From Felis catus (Eukaryota), in the NCBI RefSeq assembly GCF_018350175.1, contig NC_058383.1:124001-188000 (forward strand): DNA of 64,000 nucleotides, given 5' to 3'. The first letter of the stretch is position 1. Every line of letters starts with the position of its first letter. Below the pieces are notes generated by a model. The model was not told where the DNA came from and searched no databases. It worked only from the letters and a program-made list of their open reading frames with translations. Below are positions 50,115 to 61,289 of this stretch, in pieces. Position numbers and translations under genes: made by a program.

Positions 50115-53100
50115 ATCTTTTAATGTAAATTCCAGTGAGTAAAGACACAGTGTAATATTAGTTTCAGGTGTACAATATAGAGCAACACTTCAACACGTCA
50201 CCCGGTGCTCATCCCAGGTGCACTTCTAATCCCCAGCAGCTGTTTCACCCACTCCCTCACCTCACTGTGGAAGCTCTCAGTTTGTTTCCTAGTTAAGAGT
50301 CTGTTTGTTTGTCACTGTCTCCTTCCCCCCGCCCCTTTATTTTGTTTCATTTCCACGTGTTAGTGAAATCATCTGGTATTTGTCTTTCTCTGACAGGCTT
50401 ATTTCACGCAGCATAACATTCACTCACTCCATCCACCTCGTGGCAAATGACAAGATTTCATGTTTTTACGGCTAAATAATATTACATTGCATACACTACA
50501 TCTCAGTTTATTCATCAGTTGATGGATGCTCGGGCAGTTTCTGTAATTTGGCTGTTGTAGAAAATGCTGGTGTAAACATCAGGGTGCATGTATCCCTTTG
50601 AAGAATTATTTTTGTATTCTTTGTGTAAATACCTCGTAGTGAAATTGCTGGATAGTAAGGTAATTGTATTTGCAGGGGTTTTTGGGGTTTTTGTTTTGTT
50701 TTGTTTTTTATGAATCTCCATGATGTTTCCTAGACTGGCTGCACCAGTTTGCATTCCTACCCACAGTGCAAGAGGGTTTCTCTTTCCCCACATCCCTGGC
50801 AACACCTGCTGTTTCAACATTCATTGATTTTAGTCATTCTGACAGATGTGATGTGTTATCTCATTGTACTTTTGAATTGTATTTTCCTGAAGATCAGTGT
50901 TGTTGAGCATCTTTTCCTGTCTCTCTTTGCCATGTGTATGTCTTCCTTGGGAAATGTCCATTCGTGTCTTCTGCCCATTGTTAATCGGATTTCTCCTTTT
51001 TTGGGTGCTGTATAACTTTATATGTTTCGGACACTAACCCTTTATCAGATGTCGTTTGCAAATATCATTCTGTAAGTGTTTTAGTTTTGTTGATTATTTT
51101 CTTGGTGACAGAAGCTTTTTATTTTTAAGAAGTCCCCTTACTTTTGCTTGTGTTTCCCTTACCTCTAGAGATATATCTACAAAGATGTTTGTACAGCCAA
51201 TGTCAAATAAGATACTGCCTATGTTAGTTATTCTCTGGGATTTTTATGGTTTCAGGTTTCACACATAGGTCTTTATCCATGTTGGATTTATTTTTGTGTA
51301 TGTTGTAAGAAAGTGGTCTGTTGTTTTTGTTTTGTTTTGCAGGTTGCTGTCTAGTTTTTCCAAAACCATATGTTGAGGGGACTTTTTTAAGTTTATTTAT
51401 TTTTGAGAGAGAGAGAGCGTGCAGATGAGGGGCAGAGAGCAATGGAGAGAGAGAATGCCATGCATGCTCTGTACTGCCCTGATATCATGACCTGAGCTGA
51501 ATTCACAATCACACGCTTTGTTGACTGAGCCACCCGTGTGTCCCTAGACTATCTTTTTTTTTCCACTGGATATTCTTTCCTGCTGTGTTGAGAATTAATT
51601 GACCATATATGTGTAAGTTCATTTCTGCGTTTCCATTCTATTGATCTCTGCATCTGCATTTTTGTTGTTGTTGTTTTGCCAGTACCATACTGTTCCGTTC
51701 AGTACAGCTTTGTAATATAACCTAAAGTCTGTAATTGTGATGTCTCCAGCTTTGCTTTTCTACAATTTTGTTTTTGATGTTTGGGGTCTTTGTCATTCCA
51801 TACAAAGTTTGGGATTATTTCTTCTAGTTCTGTGACAAATGTTTTGTTTGTGGGATAGGGATTTCATTACATGTGTAGATTGTTTTGTGGAGTGTAGACC
51901 TTTTAACAGTATTTTGTTCTTCCTATCGGTGAACATGAAATGTATTTCCACTTCTTTGTGTCCTCTTCCATTTCTTTCATCAGTATTTCATAGCCTTTAG
52001 AGTACAGGTCTTTCACCTCCTTGGTTAGGTTTATTCCAGGTATCTTGGGGTATTTGGTGCACCTGTCAGTGGTATTGATCCCTTTTTTCTTTCTGTTAAT
52101 TCATTATTCATCTATAGAAATGCAGTAGATTTATGTAAATTGATTTCTGTATATTGTGATTTGTCGCATTCATATATCAATTCTAGCAATTTTTATGGGA
52201 GTCTTTCATGTTTCTTATAGAGAGCATCATGTCAGTTCCAAATAGTGAAATTTCTACTTCTTCCTTGCTGATTTGGATGCCTCTTATTTCTTTTTGTTGT
52301 CTGATTGCTGTGGCTAGGACTTCCAGTACTATGTGGAATAACAGTGGTGAGAGGGATCATCCCTGTCTTGTCCCTGACCTTGGAGGAAAAACTTTCAATT
52401 TTTCCCCATTGGGGATGAGATTAGCTGTGGGTTTTCCCTAGATGACCTTTATTATGTGCAGGTAGGTTGAGTCTCATGTACTTTGCTGAGGGATTTTATC
52501 ATGAATGGATGTGACATTTTGTCAAATGGTTTTCCTGCATCTGTTGAAAGCATCATATTTTTCCTATCCTTTCTTCCATTACTGTGGTGCATCATGTTGA
52601 TTGATCTGTGAATGTGGAACCACCCTTGCAGCCCAGGAATATATCCCACTTGATTATTGTAAATGATTCTATTAATGTATTGTTGAATTTAATTTGAAGG
52701 TATTTTAATGAGAATTTGTGTATACATACTCATTAGGCTATTGGTCTGAAGTTTTATTGAAAAAATTTTAGCATATTTAAAATGTTTATTTATTTACTTG
52801 GAGAGATAGAATACATAAAAGTGAGGGAGGGGCAGAGAGACCGGGAGAGAGAGAATCCTGGCCATGCTCCACACTGTCAGCACAGGGTCCAACTTAGGAT
52901 TCGGACCCACACACCGCATGATAATTACCTAATCCGAAATTAAGAGTTGGAAAGTAAACCGACTGAGCCACGCAGGCACCACTGCAGTTTTTGGTTTTAG
53001 TGGATGCTTTCTCTCGTTCTGGTATCAGGGTAATGATGGCCCCATAAGATCAATTTGTAAGTTTTGCTTCTTTTTTTATTTTTTTAATAATTTGAGAAAA

Positions 53101-55290
53101 ATAGATATTACCTCTTCCTTAAATGTTTGGTAGAATTCATCAGTGAAGCCACCTGGCCCTGAACTCTTGTGTTGGAGAGGGCTTTTTGCTACTGTTTAGA
53201 TTACTTTGTTTTCAGATTTTATGTATCTTCCTGTTTCAATTTTGGTAGTTTGTGTGTTTCTAGAAATTTGTCCTTTTTTTCTCAGAGTGTCCAATTTGTT
53301 GCATATAGTTTTTCATAATATTATATTCTAACTGTATTTTTGTGGTGTTGACTGTCATTTCTCCTTTCTTATTTGTGATTTTATTTGAGTCCTTTCTCTC
53401 TTCTTTGTGAAAAGTCTGCCTAGGTGGTTTTCATGTTGATTGCTGTTTTCAAAAAACCAACCCCTGGTTTCATTTATTTGGTCTAGTGTCTTTTTGGTTC
53501 CTATATTCCTTATTTCTGTATTAATCTCTATTATTTCCTTCCTTCTGCTGTTCTTTTTCTCATTCCTTTAGTTGTAAGTTAGGGTTGTTTGGGGTTTTTC
53601 TTGCTCTTTAAGGTAGGCTTGAATTGCTATATACTTCCATCGTAGACTACTTTTGCCACATTCCAAAGGGTTTTACCAGTGTATTTTCATTTTCATTTGT
53701 TTCAGTGTATTTTCTCATTGATTTTCTGTTTAGCCCATTCATTTAGTAGTATGTTATTTAACCTCCCTTTATTTGTGGCCTCCCCCCCACCTTCTTTTTG
53801 TGGTTGACTTCAAAAACCACAGGTTTTGAAGGTTTGCTAGCTTTGCAGTCAGAAGTGATGCTTGGTGTGATCTCTGTCTTTGGGTACCTCTTGAAGCCTG
53901 ATTTGTGACCTAGAATGCGATCAATTCTGGAGAATGCCCCCTGTGCACTTTAAAAGAATGTGTACTCTGCCATTTTAGTATGGAGTGTTCTGAATATATC
54001 TGTTAAACCTGTCTGGTCCAGTGTGTCATTCAAAGCCATTGTTTCCTTGTTGATTTTCTGTTTACAGGTTCTGTCCATTGATGTGACTGATGTGTTAAAG
54101 TCCTCTACTATCGTTATATTATTATAAATGAGTTCCCTTATGGTTGTTGTTAAATGTTTTATATACTTGGTGATTGAATGTTGGGTGCATCAAAATATAC
54201 AATCATTGGATCTTCTTGTTTGGTTGTCCCCTTTAGTATGAGATCGTGTCCATCTTCATCTCTTGTTACAGCTTTATTTATTTTTTTAATTTAAGTCTTA
54301 GTTGACATACAGTGCATTCTTGGATTCGGGAGTAGAATTCAGTGATTCATCCCTTACATACAACACCCAGTGCTCATCACAACAAGTGCTCCCCTTAATA
54401 CTCGTCCCCCATCTAGCCCAGTGCCGACCCATCTCCCTCCATCAACCTTCAGTTTTTTCCTCTAACATTAAGAGACTCATGTAGTTTGTTACCACTCTTC
54501 TCTTTTCCTGCCCCCTTCCCATGTTTTCATCTGTTTTGTTTCTTACATTCCACATGAGTGAAATCATACATTTGTCTTTCTCTGATTGACATGTTTCACT
54601 TAGCATAACACATTCTAGCTCCATCCACATCATTGCAAATGGCAGGATTTCATTTTTTTTGAAGCTGAGTTATATTTCATTGAATATACATATGTATGTA
54701 TGTATGAACATACACATATGTATATATGTACATATGTGTATACATACTTATACACAACACACACACACACAACACACAACTTCTTTATACTTTCATCAGT
54801 TGTTGGATACTTGGGCTTTCTCCATAGTTTGGCTACTGTTGATAATTCTGCTATAAATATTGGGTCATGCAATTTCACTAATAGGTATTTACCCAAATGG
54901 CACCAAAATAGAGTCTTGGTTTTAAAGTTTATTTTGCCTGATATAAGTATTGCTACTGGCTTTCTTTTGACATTATTGGCATGATAAATGTTTCTTCATT
55001 CCCTCACTTTAAATCTGTGGGTGACTTAAGTCCAAATAAGGCTTTGTAGGCAGCATCTAGATAGGTCTTGTTTGTTGTTTGTTTGTTTGTTTTCTTTTTT
55101 TTTTTTTCTTTTGTCCATTCTGACACCCTATCCAATGTCTTTTGATTGGAGCATTTAGTTGATTTACATTCAGAGTAATTATCGATAGGTATGTATTTAG
55201 TGCCATTCTACTAATTGTTTTGCCATTGTTTCTTGATGTTTTCTGTGATCCTTTCTTGTCTGTAACACTTTTGGTCTTTCATTTCTACTC
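50115..55290 (-). mobile_element. Degenerate L1 (paralog of 26810-29969, here with its 3' end), with nested SINEs and an L1 3' fragment
   Basis: Antisense L1 3'UTR at ~50115-50500 and ORF2 motifs (52452-52649 [10 protein letters not shown]). SINEs at 51383-51545 and 52760-52983; nested L1 end at ~54275-54910. Confidence 0.88.
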
Positions 55291-55305
55291 AGAGTCTGAT
55301 TTAAA

Positions 55306-55514
55306 AAAAATTTTTTTAATGTTTATTTCTGAGACAGAGACAGAGCACGAGTGGGGGAGGGGTGGAGAGAAAGAGTGACTCAGAATCAGAAGCAAGCTCC
55401 AGGCTCTGAGGTGTCAGCACAGTGCCCAATGCGAGGTTCGAACTCACAAACCATGAGATCATGACCTGAGCCGAATTCGGTCTCTCAACAAACTGAGCCA
55501 CCCAGGTGCCCCAA
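55306..55514 (-). mobile_element. Can-SINE specific to the right arm
   Basis: TSD agagtc(t/c)gatttaaa at 55291-55305 and 55515-55529; empty site at ~26795-26809. Confidence 0.92.
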
Positions 55515-55559
55515 AGAGTCCGATTTAAATATTCTTTGCTTTTCACTGGTAGTACATTT

Positions 55560-56791
55560 CTTTACTTACTTTTAATATTTCTTCGTTTTTAAATTTAAGC
55601 CCAAGTTAGTTATGTTATAGTGGAATACAGTCTCAGGAGTAGAATTTAGTGATCCATCAAGTACAAAATATACCCAGTACTCATCTCAAGTAACCCCCCT
55701 AAATGCCTATCACCCATTTAGCCCATACCCCTATTCAGTTACCCTCAAGGAACCCTGAGTTTCTTCTCTGTATTTAAGAGTCTCTTAGATCGTTTGAATC
55801 CCTCTCTGTTTGTATCTTATTTTTGCTTTCCTTTCACTATGTTCATCAGTTGTATTACATTCCACAGATGAGAGAAATCATATGATATGTGTCTTTCTCT
55901 TACATATTTTGCTTGGCATAATAAAGTCCGATTCCATCCACGTTGTTGCAAATAGCAAGATTCCACTCTTTTTGATTGCCGAGTAATATTCCACTGTATG
56001 AATATATCACATCTTCTTTATCCATTCATCTGTCAATGGTCATTTGGGCTCTTTGCATAATTTAGCTATTGTTGATAATGCTGCTATAAACATTGGAGTG
56101 CATGTGCCACTTCGAGTCAGCATTAGTGTATCCTTTGGATAAATACCTAGTAGTGCAATTGCTGGGTCCTCGTGTAGTTCTATTTTTAGTTTTTTGACGA
56201 ATCTCCATACTATTTCCCAGAGTGGCTACACCACTTTGCATTCCCACCAGCATTGCAAAACCGTTCCCTTTCTCTGCATCCTTGCCAACATCTGTCGTTT
56301 CCTGAGATGTTAATTTTAGCCATTCTGATAGGTGTGAGGTGATATCTCACTATGGTTTTGATTTGTATTTCAGTGATGACGAGTGAGATTGAGCATCTTT
56401 TCATGTGTGACCATTCTGGATGTCATTTTTGTTAATGTGTCTCTTCATGTCTTTTGCCCATTTCTTCAATGGGTTATTTGGTTTTTGGGTGTTGAGTGTG
56501 ATAAGTTCTTTTTAGATTTTGGATACTAACCCTTTATCTGATATGTCACCTGCAAATATCTTCTCCCATCTCATTCAGTTGTCTTTTAGTTTTCCTGATA
56601 GTGTCCTCTGCTGTACAGAAGCTTTTTATCTTGATGTCTCAATAGTTCATTTTGGTTATTATTGCCCTTGTTTCAGAGACATGACAAGCAAGAAGTTGCT
56701 GTGGCCAGGATCAAGGAGGTAGATTGCCTCTTTTCTCCTCTAGGATTTTGATGGTTCCTTTCTTACATTTAGATCTTTCATCCATTTTGAG

Positions 56792-56851
<60 letters not shown>

Positions 56852-59243
56852 TTTATGAACATAGTCCAAGTTCATTCTTCTCACTGTCCAGTTTTCCCAG
56901 TACCATTTTTTGAAGAGACTATTTTTTTTTCCATTGGATATTCTTTCCTGCATTATCAAAGATTACTCGGCCATATGTTTGAGGGTCCATTTCTGTGTTC
57001 CCTATTCCATTCCATTGATGTCTGTGTCCGTTTTTGTGCCTGTACCATACTGTCTTGATGATTGTGGCTTCCTAATACACCATAAAGTCCAGAATTGTAA
57101 TGTCACCAGCTTTGTTTTCTTTGTCAACATGACTTTGGCTATTTGGGGTCTTTTCTGGCTCCTTACAAATTTTAGGGTTGTTTGTTCTAGCTCTGTGAAG
57201 AATGTTGTTGTTATTTTGATAGGGATTGCATTGAATGTGTCGATTGATTTGGGTAGTACTGACATTTTAACAATATTTGTTCTTCTAATCCATGAGCATG
57301 AAAGTTTTTCCCTTTCTTTGTGTTTCTTCAATTCTCTCATAGACATTGTATGGTTTGTTCCTTTATTTTTTTAATGTTTGTTTATTTTTGAGAGAAAGAG
57401 AGACCACATGAGCAGGTGAGGGGCAGAGAGAGAGAGAGAGGGAGACACAGACTCTGAAGCAGGCTCCAGGCTCCGAGCTGTCAGCACAGAACCTGTCGCG
57501 GGACTCGAACCCACAAATGCGGGATCATGACCTGACCTGAAGTCAGTTTTTAACCACCTGAGCCACCTAGGCGCCCCTCTATTGTTTCAAGTGTACTGAT
57601 TGATCTTTTACCTCTTTGGTTAGGTTTATCCCTGGGTATTTTATGGTTTTAAAGCAGTTTTAAATGAGACCAGTTCCTTGATTTTTCTTTCTGCTGATTC
57701 ATTATTAGTGTATAGAAATGAAACCAACTTCTGTATATTGATTTTATATCCTGAGACTTTCCTGAATTCCTGTATCAGTCCTAGCAGTTTTTCGGTGGAG
57801 TCTTTTGGATTTTCCATGGAATGTATCACGCCTGTGAAGAGGGAAGGTTTGACTCCTACTTGCCATTTTGGACACCTTGTATTTCTTTTTGTTGTCTGAT
57901 TGCTGAGGCTAGGACTTCCAACAGTATGTTGAATAACAGTGGTGAGAGTGGACATCCCAGTCGTGTTCCTGACCTTAGAGGGAAGGCTCTCAGTTTTTCC
58001 TCATTGAAGATGATATTAGCTGTGGGACTTTTATATCTGGACATACTGATATTGAGGCAAGATCTTTCTATCCCTCCTTTCATGAGTGCTTTTTTTTCAT
58101 CAAGAAAGGATGCTGCATTTTGTCAAATGCTTTTACTGCATCTATTGAGAGGATCATGTGGTTTGTTATCCTTTCTTTTATCAATGTGATGTATCACATC
58201 AGTTGATTTGCAGATATTGAATCGGTTGTGCATCCCAGGAATAAATCCAATTCATTGTGGTGAATAATTATTTGTATGTATTGTTGGATCCGGTTTGCTA
58301 ATTTTTGTTGAGAATTTTTGCATCCAGGTTCATCAGGGAAATTGGTCTGGAGTTTTCCTTTTTAGTGGGGTCTTTGTCCAGTTTGGACTCAAGGCCAAGC
58401 TGGCCTCATAGAATGAGTTTGGAAGTGTTCCTTCCATTTCTCTGGCCATGACCTTATCTTGTTCTTTCATTTGGGATGTATTCCTCTTGTCTTGGCATTT
58501 TAGCTGAGTATTTGTCTTTTCTCTGTTACCAAACCTCATTGTGTTACCTGCCTGTGAGATGAATGGCTTTATCAAGAGGAGGTCATCTAGTGTCCAGGGC
58601 CTGACACATCAGGGAGTGTCTGTGGTGTGTGTTTCATGCACTGTTTTGTGCTCTGGCTGCACTATCCTTCAGGCCAGTTGTATGGGCAATGTATGGTCCT
58701 TGACCAGAATGTGAGTCAAGGAGTTTTGTCTAGGTCTTCTCTGATCTTCTTGTTAAATGAGACTTGAAACGACTGCCACTCAAAGTGAGGCCCTGCAGAA
58801 CTGTCTGGTCAAGAGAGGTGGTGTGGTCATGGGCTTCTGCTGGTCTTCTGGGGAAGGAACACCTCCATTGGGACTGAGGCAAGCCTGATTGACCTATAAG
58901 GCCAGTCTCACCAGAGCACAGGAATGTGGGGTTGGTGTAAGCAGCTTAGGCAGCCAGTGTGGGGATGACCTTGTTTCCAGCAGATGGCTCTGTTTATGCT
59001 GTGGGGAAGAGGAGGAAAATGGCGCCACCCAGCTCCTTTGTCCCCTTGTTGTGAACATTGCCTCTCAGGGATGCTCTCCATGATCAGTGTATAATCTCCC
59101 CACTGTGTCCACCAGGCAATGTACAGACCACTGTTTCCGTGCCATCTGCCTGCAAGTAGTTTGCTGCCTTCTCTCAAGGTGTAGGCCAGTGACCTCATGG
59201 CTGTATCCCAGCCAAGCCTGCTAAATTTTGAAACTCCACATTC
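55560..59243 (-). mobile_element. Degenerate L1 (paralog of 23020-26790), with SINE at 57363-57577 and (TG)n at 56794-56849
   Basis: Same ORF1/ORF2 fusion junction (~58440) and the same RT peptides. Confidence 0.9.
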
Positions 59244-59655
59244 TCGGGGTGCCTGGATGGCTTGGTTAAGTGTCTGACTCTTGGTCCTGGCTCAGATCAT
59301 GACCTCGTTGTCGTGGAATTCTCTCTCTCCCTCTATTCCTGCCCCTCCCTTGCATGTGCTCTCTTTCTGTCTCTCTCAAAATAAATAAACTTAAAACAAA
59401 TTTGGTGGCATGGAATACCTTATTTAGGCAGGATTTCCTCCCTGAGGGGAATGGCAGGGGTCTATCAGTTAAGTTTCCAGCACTGACTAGGAAATTCTTT
59501 GCTGACTGGTTAAAGGTTACATTCCTGCAGGAATGAAATTAAGTTTAGTGACATGGGGCCTTAACATAAGTAACTCCATGGTGGGCCTGTGATTTTTCTT
59601 AACATTCCAAAACCAAATTTTTCACATCCATTTTTTTATTAAAATATAGCCCTAA

Positions 59656-59869
59656 GGGGCGCTCGGGTGGCTCAGTCGGTTGAGCATCCGACTTCAGCTC
59701 AAGTCATGATCTCACGGTCCGTGAGTTCCAGCCCCACTTTGGGCTCTGTGCTCATGGCTCAGAGCCTGGAGCCTGTTTCAGATTTTGTGTCTCCCTCTCT
59801 CTCTGACCCCCATTCATGCTCTGTCTCTCTCTGTCTCAAAAATAAATAAACGTTAAAAAAAAAAATTTT
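59656..59869 (+). mobile_element. Can-SINE specific to the right arm (young-looking)
   Basis: Full-length SINE with perfect TSD aaatatagccctaa at 59642-59655 and 59870-59883; empty site at ~22600-22620. Confidence 0.95.
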
Positions 59870-61289
59870 AAATATAGCCCTAAATAATATTTTAGCCATC
59901 TACTGCTGGCCCGATGATCATATCTTGTAAAACTGTGACCATCTCCTAATCATAGATGAAAATCAACTCTGGGCTCTAAGCTCTTTGTGGCTCTAAGTTT
60001 CTTTGATCTATGTTAGTAAGATCTTTGTGATCTAGGTTACTGCTGGTCTTTTGAAGTCTTTGACCCAGGGACCCCTAGCAGGTTGCTGAGCCATCACTTA
60101 GGCACAGAAGCATCCTTTCCAAGTCACCTCCCCCTAAAGTGTTCTTTCCCTCTTGTACTTCTGGGTCTTACCCTTTTGTAGATCATATGCTGTGATGGAC
60201 ATTCCCTCATGTAAACCTGTCAAAGTGGACCAGAGAAAACTGCTTGCCTGTGACTGCCACTTCATGGTCACATCTTTTCCTTCTGAAATCCTTTGAACTC
60301 CATATCGTTCTTCCAGTCTTTGAATATCTCTTTGATTTGGAATAATTTTATTCTCTTATACTGCTGCTAAAAATATGCGTGAAAATATTAAAGCAAGGAT
60401 TATTTACAATAATTGAGCCAGTCACAGTTATCCATCTGGCCGTGTGTACATTTTTTTTTTTTTTGACAATGTTCAGGCATGATGTGAAGTACATCCTGTA
60501 AAATCTGAGTATCATTCCTTATCTAGGATAATCACCTTTATGGAAAGCCGTTCAATGACATGCTCGTTCAAGATCAGAAAAACACTTAATTTACATACCA
60601 CATAATACAGTGGTATATACATACATTATCTTAAAATATGTCAAGTAGATGTTTCTATGAATCGTATATCAGTATTCAGTTTTCTGTAACATGAATGCTA
60701 TTATTTAAATTAAACAATAGTAAGAACAACAAGAATAGGTACATGGCCATCACTAGTAACTAATACTAGAACTAGTCATATATTATGTGTTGAAAACATA
60801 AAACCATGATTACTAATAATCTGTTCATTCGTGATGGGTTTCTAGTTTCCAAAAAAATTGGGAAGCTATTATTGAGTCTCCACATACATCAGACTGTCTC
60901 CTCACTATTGATGTCATATGAATTGGTACATGATCACAATCAGTATCCCGAAGAGATATGGTAGTATTAACTAAAGTTTATATTTGTATTCAGATTGGTT
61001 CGGTTTTAACCTCTTCTGTCCCAGACTCATCCCAGCTGGCACATTACAGTCATCCTGTCTCCTTAGGCTCCACTTGACCATGATGATGTTTAGATTTTTC
61101 CATATTTTTCATAATCTGCAAAGTTTTGAGGGTACATCTGTAGAATGTATTTTGTAGAATGATCCCTGGTTGGGACATGTCTACCGTTTGTTCAAATGCT
61201 TAGGCCAGAGTTACCGTGTTTTGGAGCAGAAGATCCAGAGGCATAATGCCATCCATAATTATCACTTCACATAAAGGTTGTTTACTCTG

